Shown here: positions 1-10,165 of the stretch, in pieces
How the letters are laid out: each line of letters begins with the position of its first letter
Numbering within the stretch: position 1 is the first letter of the stretch
NCBI GenBank assembly: GCA_963767735.1
Contig: CAVYES010000004.1
Location: forward strand, 256,001 to 320,000
Direction of reading: 5' to 3'
From: Candidatus Bathyarchaeota archaeon
Lineage (GTDB): Archaea > Thermoproteota > Bathyarchaeia > Bathyarchaeales > Bathycorpusculaceae
Length of the DNA: 64,000 nucleotides
Made by a program: the position numbers and the translations under genes
The notes under the pieces: model-generated
What the model was told of the DNA's origin: nothing
Seen by the model: only the letters and a program-made list of their open reading frames with translations
Database searches by the model: none

Positions 1-42
1 GTTGAGGATATCAATGTACGTTTCTAGTTTTGATCGTCTCAT
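1..42 (-). CDS. 5' end of a winged-helix regulator (HTH_45/COG3432-like), truncated by the window edge
   Basis: Reverse complement reads MRRSKLETYIDILN, matching the N-termini of the paralogues at 2776, 6097 and 21062. Confidence 0.75.
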   Translation of the reverse strand, partial: MRRSKLETYIDILN

Positions 43-323
43 AGGTGTTGCCTCAAGACTCTCCAGTTTCACAGGTGGTCTTTCCACTGTATAAAAAAGT
101 TTATTTTTTTTATAAGCTTTTGCTATTTTCATTTGCTTAATTCATTGTAAACTGTATTCGGAATCAAGAAATGAGTTTTAAAGCTAAATGATGAAGAGAC
201 TTATTGCCGTGCTGTTTCTGTGATTGCGCAAAGCCTATAACAACGTCTTATATGCGATGCGGGAGAAGTAGGAATCCCTTGCTCCTTTACCTATCAAAAG
301 GGGGCAAGTCTGGAGTTAGAAAT

Positions 324-605
324 ATGACAAGAAAAAGCACCCAAGAAATCAACTTCTCTTCTGGTCAAGACAGCAAAAGCAAATCTGCTGTTCGCAAAGA
401 AAGGATGCCAATTGTCAGATGCTTGTGCGGCTCCGAAATTTTGGTGGTGCCCGATTTGAAAGCCATGAACCGTGCTATAAAAAATCATGTTGCCGAACAC
501 AAGCAAGCACGTGATGGTTCAGATAGGCTTGAGTCGTTGACGGAGTTCTTGATAGAGCAGGTTCTTACAGTGGCAAGCGAAATAAATCTGCCGAATGTAA
601 AATAG
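324..605 (+). CDS. Small putative Zn-binding protein (CxC...HxxxH)
   Basis: RCLCGSEILVVPDLKAMNRAIKNHVAEH; paralogue at 3273-3614; start taken at ATG 324 after GGAG. Confidence 0.65.
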   Translation: MTRKSTQEINFSSGQDSKSKSAVRKERMPIVRCLCGSEILVVPDLKAMNRAIKNHVAEHKQARDGSDRLESLTEFLIEQVLTVASEINLPNVK

Positions 606-621
606 TCATGAACAATCTACC

Positions 622-712
622 AAGGCTTCCAAAAATTCACCCCCATAGATGGAAGAAGGTCTTCCAAGTTTCACCTTATCATCAGAACATATAAAACACA
701 ATAAATAAATTC
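622..712. repeat. ~90 bp direct repeat, copy 1 (copy 2 at 7795-7888)
   Basis: cttccaaaaatt(c/t)acccccataga..gaaggtcttccaagttt(c/t)accttatcatcagaacat..aataaataaattc is shared by both copies. Confidence 0.85.
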
Positions 713-775
713 TGGGTTCTCTTCTCCTATGCCCTCTTAACGGCGACAGACCTTTGGTCGCTCTTACTTGAAAGT

Positions 776-1516
776 TCATTTACCGTTTAGCTTTGGTGGC
801 AGACGTACTATGAAAGTTGTTCCTTTGCCTTCTTGGCTTTCGAATGTTACCGTTCCGTCTAACGCGTCAGTCAACCGCTTAACAACAGCTAAGCCAAATC
901 CTTGACCTTTAGACTTGGTGGTGAACAACGGCGCAAAGAGCATACCTTTCGCTTCCTCAGGTATGCCCACACCCGTATCCTCGACCGCTATGACATAGTC
1001 GTTTTCGTCACGGTAGGCATGTACGTTCAGTTTTCCCCCTGCAGGCATAGCTTGAATAGCGTTCATTACCAAGTTGCCCAAGATCCTCTTCAACAGGTCC
1101 GGGTCAGTCATAATCCTTTTGGCATCGTTTTCCACGCGGAAAGAGATTTTGATGCTCGATGGTGTACCATTTCTTGAAAACAAATTCTCGATAATGTCTT
1201 CCAGATTGGTTTCCCGAGCAAAAGGTTTTAGTGGTCTCGCGTAGTCTTGGAGATCCGTCACAATCTTGTTGATGTACTCTACGTTCTTTTCAACCGCATC
1301 CAAGCTTTCTTGAAGACTCGCTTTTCGCTTGCTATCGAGCATCGAATCCACCTCAAGCTTTGCCAAATACACATCCCCAGTGATCGCCTGCAACGGATTA
1401 CGAATATCATGACCAACCATCCCAGCAGTTGCACCAATAATTGCAAGCCTCTCTGAAGCCCACATACTTCCTGTTAGTAAAGGCTTCTGCAATTTAGTAA
1501 TTCCAGTAGAAGTCAT
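776..1516 (-). CDS. Histidine kinase (HisKA + HATPase_c) lacking a sensor domain
   Basis: H-box GHDIRNPL, N-box NLVMNAIQAM, G1 DTGVGI, F-box LFTTK, G2 GQGFGL; close paralogue of the core of 35214-36890. Confidence 0.9.
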   Translation of the reverse strand: MTSTGITKLQKPLLTGSMWASERLAIIGATAGMVGHDIRNPLQAITGDVYLAKLEVDSMLDSKRKASLQESLDAVEKNVEYINKIVTDLQDYARPLKPFARETNLEDIIENLFSRNGTPSSIKISFRVENDAKRIMTDPDLLKRILGNLVMNAIQAMPAGGKLNVHAYRDENDYVIAVEDTGVGIPEEAKGMLFAPLFTTKSKGQGFGLAVVKRLTDALDGTVTFESQEGKGTTFIVRLPPKLNGK

Positions 1517-1771
1517 TTAACCAAAAACTCGTTTCCCAGTTGGATGAATAAACTATTGTAGCCTTCGCTAATAAGTCAATGTCTGTATTGCCCACCATCT
1601 ACAACTTCAAAAATCTGACAGAAACCGAAATAACGCAGCGTTTAACGTTCTATTAGCACATTTGCGGCGATTATGGCCATTTTAGCTTATTGAACCTTAC
1701 AAAAGGCTTAAATCCTACTTTTGGGCATTATAACATCAGATTCCGATTTCATCGAGGCCGATGGATAAAAA

Positions 1772-2577
1772 TTGTCTGAATCGGATAAGACAGATTTGCT
1801 AATGGGGCTGGGTTTAACTCCTAATCAGGCAAAAGTATACCAGACCATCCTTAAATTAGGCAACGTTGCAGTTGGTCAGATAGCGAAATCTACTTCGGTA
1901 AGGCGAGAAGACGTATACAAGGTTTTGCCAGCACTTGAAAAGATGGGTCTAGTAGAAAAATTGCTCGGCAAACCAGCTATCATTCGGGCTACTCCTGTTG
2001 CAGGTGCTTTGACTTCCTTAATACTTGACGAAAAAGTCAAATCTGACGAAAGAATAGCCTCAATGAAAGCGAAATTCCAAGTCCTATCTAAGGCGAAGTG
2101 GGTACAACCTATTGTTGTGGGTGAAGAAGAAAGCCTCTACGCTTTAATACCAGAAGGTAAAGCAGTCGTCGCTAAGTTAACCAGTTTAATCGCCAGCTCT
2201 AAAAATGATGTTTTCTGGATTGATACCCTGAAAGAAATCTCACATATCACATCTCTTCTTGTCGCTGAAATCAAAAAAACATTTCACAACGGAGTGGAAG
2301 TTAGAGCGATTATTGAGGATTTCAAACCTGATGAATCCCAAACGAAAAAAGTGCAACCCACTATGAACATAGTCGTCTATCAGGTTTCACCATCAACCTC
2401 TGAACCGGTTCGCGGTTTTTGATGGCAGAGAGGCTATGATTTCAACCAATAGAAAAAGCGACTCTGAAGGATACTTCAGCATTGTGGACAACCGACACCA
2501 ATCTTATCGGCGTGCTGAGAGGATACTTTGAGACGGCGTGGAGTGAATCCGAAGAACTAAAACAAAGCAATAAGTAA
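1772..2577 (+). CDS. TrmB-family transcriptional regulator, frameshifted near 2390 and 2475
   Basis: LGLTPNQAKVY..RREDVYKVLPALEKMGLV HTH; C-terminus ALWTTDTNLIGVLRGYFETAW continues in other frames to TAA at 2577. Confidence 0.8.
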
Positions 2578-2775
2578 CTAAAGCAAACTATCGATAACAA
2601 CCTTTAGATCTGCAAACAACTATTAAAGATAGTTTGGTATTGGTAGGTTACGCTTTAAATCGGTTCAAACAATCCAACTTGTAAAGTTCGCCAACATCAA
2701 ATCGTCGAAAAGGTATGTCGCGTGTTAAAGAAACAATGGGTTTTCCCAATAATTTATCGCTGAGATCTGCGAGGA

Positions 2776-3108
2776 TTAAAAATATTCTTTGTGCTCATTC
2801 CAGTTAGGTTCCTTCTTTGCTTTAATTGAAGGAATTTCACTTCTAATTTTCGCCGTGGGAATCACCTGGTTCAGTTCTTTAAAGCACCTGATCAAATACA
2901 AGCCGCGCTCCGTAATCGCGTAAACAATTTTATCCCGCCCAGCGCACTTTTCTTCAACTGCGCCTTGTTTAATCAAAAAATCAAAATAATTCTTCATTAC
3001 ATTGCAGTTGAGGTTAGCCTTTTGCATTACGTGAGTTATTTTTAGAGGACCATGACTAGCCAATGTCTCAAGAATGACCAAGCAAGTTTCCAGTTTGGAT
3101 CGTCTCAA
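2776..3108 (-). CDS. Winged-helix regulator (HTH_45/COG3432-like)
   Basis: MRRSKLE..KITHVMQKANLN..YAITERG. Confidence 0.85.
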   Translation of the reverse strand: MRRSKLETCLVILETLASHGPLKITHVMQKANLNCNVMKNYFDFLIKQGAVEEKCAGRDKIVYAITERGLYLIRCFKELNQVIPTAKIRSEIPSIKAKKEPNWNEHKEYF

Positions 3109-3272
3109 ATTTTGATCTCCTTTTTTGGTGTTGAATTACTGTTTTAATGTTTGATGGCATATATGTTGTTATTCGCGCGCGCTCATAAAGGCAGGTTGAC
3201 CAATTAATGTATATAGGCTTCGAGAGTAAATACGCGTGTATGCTTATCGTTCTTCTAATCAGAATCAAAAGA

Positions 3273-3614
3273 CTAAGTATCGTTTTGTTCACTCATTTTC
3301 ATTAGTATAAGTTGGCTTAGCAGTTGACTGATGTTGCTAGACGTGGTTACATTATTCTTAGTGCTTCTTTCTTTCTTTCTGTGTTCGGCAACATGAGTTT
3401 TGAGGGCGCGATTCATCGCCTGAAGATCTGGCACCAGCAGTATTTCGGTGCCACATTCACAACTAATTATTGGTAACCGTTCCTTCAAATGCTTGTCCGC
3501 ATCAGCGCTTTTGCCTTCTAGAATGTTATCAATTCCTACTGTCTCAGTTGGTAACATTTTCTGAAGTTTCTCAACTCTAGTTCTACTCATTTGAACTCGA
3601 AAATCTCCATTCAC
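3273..3614 (-). CDS. Small putative Zn-binding protein (CxC...HxxxH), paralogue of 324-605
   Basis: SCECGTEILLVPDLQAMNRALKTHVAEH. Confidence 0.7.
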   Translation of the reverse strand: MNGDFRVQMSRTRVEKLQKMLPTETVGIDNILEGKSADADKHLKERLPIISCECGTEILLVPDLQAMNRALKTHVAEHRKKERSTKNNVTTSSNISQLLSQLILMKMSEQNDT

Positions 3615-3859
3615 TTTCCTTGGTGGATAATTGTATTCGCATTATTCCTTTTATGTTCATGTCTGTGTGCCCCCACATCTACAAGTAAAATGACTTCGGA
3701 GGCACTCGTAGTAATGCCTTTATTTTCGGTTAAGCAGGCAACTGTAACCCTTGTGGTTGCATAACTCTACTCACATGAGTTTATTATCGAAGTCAGAGTG
3801 TATTTCAAGCACGCCTTGAATCTTATTCGGGCCAAGAAAATTGTATGTAAGGAATAATT

Positions 3860-4189
3860 ATGAGACCCAGTCTCTACCTACTAAAAAAACAAAATGGGCG
3901 GACGGAAGTCACAATGAAAACAGAAGTTCAAGTAGTTGTGGTCGATCTGGATAGATCAAAAGAATATCCTCTAAATTTTGTCTGTGTCCTTCCCCAAACC
4001 GTTATATCGCTGGGAAAGCATTCAAACATTTTCGGTAAAATTTTTGGAACAAGCAGCTTGGCAGTTGCTAAAAAACTCCTTCAGAGGGCCTTGAAAAGGG
4101 AAAAAGATGCCGAAATCAGAAAAGAGCTTACGAAACGGTTAAAGGTACTGAAACCGACTCTGACTGACAAGGTTATAATAACTAGTTAA
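3860..4189 (+). CDS. Hypothetical protein
   Basis: 109 aa ORF with protein-like composition; true start may be ATG ~3914. Confidence 0.55.
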   Translation: MRPSLYLLKKQNGRTEVTMKTEVQVVVVDLDRSKEYPLNFVCVLPQTVISLGKHSNIFGKIFGTSSLAVAKKLLQRALKREKDAEIRKELTKRLKVLKPTLTDKVIITS

Positions 4190-4435
4190 GAAATTTTCCG
4201 TCCTAACAATAACATCATACTCAAATTTCCCTATTTTGTCAAATGCTTCTCCAACCGACGACGCAGTTTCCGTTCGATATGCTCCCGTCAGTTCAAGGAT
4301 TAGTTTAGAAATTCTCAGAATGCAGGCGTCACCGTCCATATGTAAAACCCGAATTGTTGATCTTCTAGTTATTCCCACAGTGCAAGAAAACGTGGAGTCG
4401 ATAATATCCATCGATGGATCCATTTTAGCGCGCAT
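4139..4435 (-). pseudogene. Truncated response-regulator receiver fragment
   Basis: IRVLHMDGDACILRISKLILE..ETASSVGEAFDKIGKFEYDVIV is the N-half of a receiver domain; similarity stops at the phospho-acceptor Asp position. Confidence 0.6.
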
Positions 4436-4442
4436 GCGTGTT

Positions 4443-6080
4443 GAGGCTGTGTGAAAAAGGTCTTTTCGTTGATGGCAGGTGACCGTTAGCCTTAAATCTA
4501 GAATAGCTTTAGAGCTACTGATGAGCCATGAGCGAACATGTAACTGGCCTCAACAGAGACCAAACAGCACTCTTTCCCAACACGCTCGAAGGATACGTGG
4601 ATAAGGAAAACCCGGTCAGGTTCATAGACGCCTTCGTAGACAGCCTCAACTTGGAGAAACTCGGCTTCAAACACTCGGTACCAACTGAAGTTGGAAGACC
4701 ATCATACGACCCTGCAGACCTTCTCAAACTCTATGTCTACGGATACCTAAATCAGATCCGTTCAAGCAGAAAGCTGGAACGCGAATGCCAAAGAAACATA
4801 GAGGTCATGTGGCTCGTGAAAAAACTGGCTCCAGACTTCAAGACCATTGCTGACTTCCGCAAGGACAACATTGACTGCGTGAAAGGCGTCTTCAAAGAAT
4901 TCGTCAAGCTATGCATCAGCTTAGATCTATACGGTGCCAAGTGCATAGCAGTGGACGGCACCAAATTCAAAGCCGTAAACTCGCTCGACAAAAACTTCAA
5001 CCGCAAAAACTTGGCCTACAGAATGAAAATGATAGACCAGCACGTAACAAAATATCTGGCTGAGATTGAAGAGGAAGACCGCAAAGAGGCACAAGCTGAC
5101 TCTAAACATGTTGAAGTGCTTCAGGAAAAAGTTCAGAAACTCATGAACCGAAAAGAAGAGTACTCAGAGCTTCTTTCCAAACTCAAAGAGTCCAAGCAGA
5201 ATGAGGTATCCCAGGTCGATCCTGATTGTAGGCTGATGAAGAATAGAGGCAGGATTGAGCCTTGTTATAACGGTCAGGTTGCGGTTGATGATAAGAATCA
5301 TTTAATTGTTGATTACAACGTGACGAATGCTCCGGCTGACAATTGCCAGCTCAGTCCTATGGCTATAGGCGCTAAGAAGATGCTCGGAGCAAAAAACCTA
5401 GATGCTGTTGCTGACAAGGGATACTTCAGTTTCGTTCAAATCAAAGACTGCGTGGAAAATGGCATTATTCCTTATGTGCCTGAGCAGAACCGGTATGGCG
5501 TTGGTTTTGTCAAGAGAAAAGGGGTTCCGACTCGAGAATTCCACGTTGATAAGTTCGTTTATGATGTGGGGACGGATACGTTTGTTTGTCCCGGGGGGAA
5601 TGAGCTTGTTTTCAGCTATTTAGATCATGCTCATCAAAAGAACATTCGGGTTTACAGGACTGATGCGTGTTTCTCTTGTGAGTTTTTTATGGTGAAGTGT
5701 ACGTTGAATAGGCATGGGCGGACGTTGTGGCGTTGGGAGCATGCTGAGGTTCTGGATGAGATGAGGGCGAGGTTGTTGCGTGAGCCTGAGAAGTTGGCTT
5801 TGAGGAAGAGGCTTGTGGAGCATCCGTTTGGAACTATGAAACGTGCGTTTAATCAGGGTTATTTGCTGCTCAAAGGTCTTAGGAAGGTTGTTGGCGAGGT
5901 AGGGTTTACTGTGTTGGCTTATAATATGAGGCGGGTTTTGAACATTCTTGGACCAGGATTCACGCGGGTTTTCTGATCAGGACGAGGAAGAAAAGAAATA
6001 GAAAGGCAAAATAATCTAGCCATGGCAAGATTGTAAGATCCCAAACACTCAAGGCAAACTACTAATTTTCACACGGTCTC
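4443..6080 (+). mobile_element. IS1182-family insertion sequence
   Basis: Imperfect terminal IRs GAGGCTGTGTGAAAA (4443-4457) and TTTTCACACGGTCTC (6066-6080) enclose one transposase gene. Confidence 0.9.
4528..5976 (+). CDS. IS1182-family DDE transposase
   Basis: GRPSYDP..SSRKLERE..PDFKTIADFR..AVDGTK..ADKGY..RKRLVEHPFGTMK. Confidence 0.95.
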   Translation: MSEHVTGLNRDQTALFPNTLEGYVDKENPVRFIDAFVDSLNLEKLGFKHSVPTEVGRPSYDPADLLKLYVYGYLNQIRSSRKLERECQRNIEVMWLVKKLAPDFKTIADFRKDNIDCVKGVFKEFVKLCISLDLYGAKCIAVDGTKFKAVNSLDKNFNRKNLAYRMKMIDQHVTKYLAEIEEEDRKEAQADSKHVEVLQEKVQKLMNRKEEYSELLSKLKESKQNEVSQVDPDCRLMKNRGRIEPCYNGQVAVDDKNHLIVDYNVTNAPADNCQLSPMAIGAKKMLGAKNLDAVADKGYFSFVQIKDCVENGIIPYVPEQNRYGVGFVKRKGVPTREFHVDKFVYDVGTDTFVCPGGNELVFSYLDHAHQKNIRVYRTDACFSCEFFMVKCTLNRHGRTLWRWEHAEVLDEMRARLLREPEKLALRKRLVEHPFGTMKRAFNQGYLLLKGLRKVVGEVGFTVLAYNMRRVLNILGPGFTRVF

Positions 6081-6096
6081 AACAGCCATGCGCGCT

Positions 6097-6402
6097 TTAG
6101 AACAGATAGGGTCTTTGGTTTCTCGCGTTGTTTCCTGTTTCTTCAACTATGGGAAGCACTTCTTTGAGTTCCCTGAACTGTTTGAGCACTGTAACGCCGC
6201 GTTGCGTGATCGCGTATACTTTTCTTTCTCTTTTATTGATTTTCACCTCAACCAGTCCCCGGTTAGTCAAGAGGTCAAGGTACTCCTCCAGCACGGTGCA
6301 GTTAACGTTAGCCTTGTACATGACGAGCGTCAGCTTCAACGGACCCCAGTGAACCAAGACCTTCAGAATAGCCACATACATTTCCAGTTTAGATATTCTC
6401 AT
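6097..6402 (-). CDS. Winged-helix regulator (HTH_45/COG3432-like)
   Basis: SKLEMYVAILKVL..LTLVMYKANVN..YAITQRG. Confidence 0.85.
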   Translation of the reverse strand: MRISKLEMYVAILKVLVHWGPLKLTLVMYKANVNCTVLEEYLDLLTNRGLVEVKINKRERKVYAITQRGVTVLKQFRELKEVLPIVEETGNNARNQRPYLF

Positions 6403-7149
6403 ACATTGTCTTTTTTTTGAAGCGCACTTCTGTTAGCAACGCTCTATGATTCCTGGCGTTAGCGTGCTTTTCTCCATGCACTATATTAGTGATACTAAGA
6501 TTATAGGCATAATGAATTAACTCATGGAGTATTATAAGAAAATATGTGCTATTTGATAATAATTCTTAAGAATATACATTTCAAATGCAAAAAAGCTGGA
6601 TATTGTAAAACGGCTTTATTGGTCTTTGTTGACAACATAACTGCACTTAGTTTTGCATTGTTAAGTAATTGGTTTTGGGGTACCAGTTTCATTGTTAGCT
6701 AAAAACATGAATTTCAAATTCATATTATTAATATACAATTTAGGCCAATGTTAATTGTAAGCGGCGAATCTTGCTCAAAACAATTATGATCCCCGTTACT
6801 CTGTATATCTCCCCTAAAAGCAAGATTCGCTGGCTTGAGGATTAGTCACATGGAGGAAGTTTCAAAAAATCTTTCCGAAATGTAACAAAGAATAGCGTCT
6901 AAAGAGAGCACAGTTTACTTTCACGGAGGTGAGAAAACGAGTTTTCAAGCTAAGAAATATGAAAAAGTCGTAAATGATGATGAACTCTACTTCATCATTC
7001 AAGAAGAACTACGACCAGAGGCCTCGAAAATGGCTATGGACTTCAATAACGTAAAGTACATATCTCAGCAAAAAAAACGCGAAGAGGCAGAAAAACCGTT
7101 ATACCTTATGAGGTATGAATAGAAATGTGCGCGCGCCTGAGGAGTTATT

Positions 7150-7560
7150 GTGGGTTATCAAAATAGTTGTCCAGAATGTAAACAATATGAGCGAAAAGAA
7201 GCTCTAAGCATTTTTAGGGAATTATGGTCTACAGGAAATTCTCCTTTACACCGAATGTATTCTTCTTGGGATGAGCTTGAAAGAAACATTGAGGTAAAAT
7301 CAGATAAAGCAACCACCATGAATAAACATAAGATTCAGTCATGCCCATATTGTGGTGCTAAGCAAGCCATAACCAAGCCGTTGGACGGAATTTTTCCGTA
7401 TCTGAATTGTGAATCATGTAAACATCCTTTTTTCGTTCAGAATAATTTGTCCGTTAGGAAACTCACAGAAGAAGAGGAAAGAGAAATTCCTGAAGCATGG
7501 ATTCGAATAGTTGAAGATCTAGCCAAAAAGAAGGTTGCAGTAGTCTTAAGATTCGAATAG
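7150..7560 (+). CDS. Zn-ribbon hypothetical protein
   Basis: CPEC, CPYC and CESC motifs; GGAG upstream of the start. Confidence 0.6.
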   Translation: MGYQNSCPECKQYERKEALSIFRELWSTGNSPLHRMYSSWDELERNIEVKSDKATTMNKHKIQSCPYCGAKQAITKPLDGIFPYLNCESCKHPFFVQNNLSVRKLTEEEEREIPEAWIRIVEDLAKKKVAVVLRFE

Positions 7561-7794
7561 CTAAAGGATGGGGCGGCGCACGCTTAGGCGAAAGCGTTTT
7601 GTATATTTTTGCTTAGGATACTATCTGGAAGTCAGACTGCCTTTTATTGCTTAGGCGGACGCACAACAAAGAATCAGAAGAGGAAACAAGCGAGTCGCGC
7701 AATGCACATTGTATAAGGCTTTGTGGCAAAATATTTTTCTATAATTTTAAAAGGCAGCATGCGAACCGCCACGAGAGGGATTCCTTGCACGCAT

Positions 7795-7888
7795 AAGGCC
7801 CTTCCAAAAATTTACCCCCATAGAGGAAAGAAGGTCTTCCAAGTTTTACCTTATCATCAGAACATTTAAAAATCAAATAAATAAATTC
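7795..7888. repeat. ~90 bp direct repeat, copy 2, immediately upstream of the integrase
   Basis: Matches 622-712; AAGGTCTTCC (7831-7840) also has an inverted partner GGAAGACCTT (7920-7929). Confidence 0.85.
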
Positions 7889-7946
7889 AAACTTTCTTAC
7901 TCTATACCCGCCAGTTTCCGGAAGACCTTAGCCCCTGCAATGTACA

Positions 7947-9028
7947 TTGTGTCGGTTTCGCCCGAATTTTTTCTGGGAAATTTTTGAAGCGCCCGCGTGC
8001 TCGAGGCTAGTGCTGGGTTCGGAAACAACATTTCTGCCCAAGTGGATTTTCTTTAGACGGATAATTGAAAGCAGCCAATTATGCGCAAAGGAAGCGAAAA
8101 AATTGACTGCAACAGAAACAAAAACTGTTGCGGGAGATGAAAGCCAAACCATAAAAGGTAAACTATTACAGTTTGCTCTCTACCTTAAACTGCAAGGATT
8201 GTCACCGGTAACTATTGAAGGCTGGAGCCAAAAACTTGAACGATTATCAAGAAATGCAAACCTAAACGACCCCGAGACCGTGAAATCTTTTCTAGCATTT
8301 CATACTATTTGCGATGCATCAAAACATTATTTCTGCACAGCTTACAACGCTTTTTTAAAATGGCAAGGAAAGACTTGGGTGCCTCCAAAATATATAGGAA
8401 CGCAGAAAATACCTGAGTTCATACCGACAGAAAAAGAAATCGATGACTTGATTGCTGGATGTGGACCCAAAACTGCAACAGTGCTTCAAACATTGAAAGA
8501 AACAGGTATGCGGATAGGTGAATGTTCACGCTTAACTTAGAGTTCCCTAAACACAGAAGCAAATACCTTAACGCTAAACAAACCTGAGAAAAACAGTTTG
8601 CCTCGAGTCTTTAAAGTATCAACCAAACTCATCGGAATGTTGCAACAAATGCCCAAGAAATCAGAACGAATCTTTCCAACCTCAAGCCGTCACATGGGAA
8701 TAGGCTTTGCTTCACAGCGGAATAAATTAGCTCGAAAACTTGGAAATCCACGACTTGCAAAATTCATTTTCACCTGATCAGACATTGGAAAGGCACGATG
8801 GAATATCACAAAACCCAAAACATAATCCATGTCCAGCGTTTGCTAGGTCATAAGAGCGTTTTGAATACACAGCTGTACGTTAATCTTGAACAAGCAATCT
8901 TTGAATTTAACGATCAATATGAGGTTAAGCTGGCTTCAACTGTGGAGGAAGCAGTAAAATTTGTAGAGGTCGGCTTTGAATACGTTACTGAAATGGATGG
9001 AAAGAAGCTGTTTAGGAAGCGCAAATAA
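7947..9028 (+). pseudogene. Tyrosine recombinase/integrase, disrupted by TAG at 8538 and a frameshift near 8760
   Basis: Catalytic motifs TGMRIGE, FHLIRHW, LLGHKS and TQLY are spread over different frames. Confidence 0.85.
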
Positions 9029-9058
9029 CAGTAAGACTTTAGCGCTTTATTAAATTCA

Positions 9059-10165
9059 TTAGCGTTTTATGTGGTATTGGTCGATTACGTCTTTGGCTTT
9101 TTCTCTGCGTTCCCTGTGTTGTTCTAGGAATTTGTTGAGTTTGTCCGCTATGTCTTTTTTGCATTCTCCGCATAGCATTTCGCCTGCGCGGCATAGCCGT
9201 TCGCGTTCGGCAAGTTTCTCGGAGTCCTCCTCGAAGAGGTAGAAGTAGTATTGGAATATGCTGCAGACTGTTGGGTCAGCTCCTGTTTTTCGTTGTTCAG
9301 CAGCGGTGCCTTTGCCGCCCGTGAAAGCGTTCCAAATCTTCTTCTTCACCACGTCAGGCGGGTCTATGGTGAATATGCTGGTTTCTGGCATAGATGCGCT
9401 CATTTTTCCTCCTGCGCCCAGCCCGGGTAGGAAACGGCAGTGGATTTGAGCAGGTTTGTAGTAGCCGAGTTTTTGGGCTATATCGCGTGTTACCCTCCAG
9501 TACGGGTCTTGATCGATGGCGGCAGGGATAAGCGCTGGCACGTTCTCGCCTGTGAGTTTTTTGTGGATGAAGCATGGCGCGGCTTGGATTGCTGGCCAGA
9601 ATACCCAGCCGATGTTGGTGCTGTCTTGGAAGCCGAAGCTGCTGCGCGCTGTGCTGTAGGTTATGCGTTTGGCCACTTCCAATGTAATGTCGTAGAGCAA
9701 ATCGATGTCTTCGGTGTCGTAGATGATGAAGGTGTTTTCTGGTTTGAATCCGAGCGCTATGAGGTCTAAGGCGTTTTCATATGCGTATTTGCGCGTTTCT
9801 TTCAGGTTGGCGTCGTCATCTATAAGGTATTTTTCGTCGTCTGTTAGCTGGAAGTATAATCGAGTATTGAATTTTTGTTGAATGTGCAGCGTAAAAATCC
9901 ACGGAACCAAGTGCCCGATATGTACAGGTCCAGACGGTCCCCTGCCAGTGTAAAGAACAAATTTTATGCCTTTATCGTAGAGGTCCAAAACGGTGTCTAG
10001 GTCTCGTTGGCTGAAGAATATTTTTCTTTCAAGTTGAACGTGCAGTTTACCGGTTTGTTTCTCTATTCTTTCAAGTTGTTGGGTTGTTATTGGTTGGGTG
10101 CCGAATTCGCGTATTAGGCGTTCGTAGTCTACCTTGCCTTTTACTTCCCAAGGTGTAACAACCAT
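9059..10165 (-). CDS. trpS: Tryptophanyl-tRNA synthetase
   Basis: VTPWEV, YTGRGPSG, HIGH, IDQDPY and KMSAS motifs. Confidence 0.97.
   Translation of the reverse strand: MVVTPWEVKGKVDYERLIREFGTQPITTQQLERIEKQTGKLHVQLERKIFFSQRDLDTVLDLYDKGIKFVLYTGRGPSGPVHIGHLVPWIFTLHIQQKFNTRLYFQLTDDEKYLIDDDANLKETRKYAYENALDLIALGFKPENTFIIYDTEDIDLLYDITLEVAKRITYSTARSSFGFQDSTNIGWVFWPAIQAAPCFIHKKLTGENVPALIPAAIDQDPYWRVTRDIAQKLGYYKPAQIHCRFLPGLGAGGKMSASMPETSIFTIDPPDVVKKKIWNAFTGGKGTAAEQRKTGADPTVCSIFQYYFYLFEEDSEKLAERERLCRAGEMLCGECKKDIADKLNKFLEQHRERREKAKDVIDQYHIKR

Noticed and set aside
640-690. Minus strand reads CTGATGA-taaggt-GAAA, resembling a hammerhead ribozyme core
   Set aside because: No stem II or stem I pairing, stem III does not close on the UH site, and copy 2 has GTAAAA in place of GTGAAA
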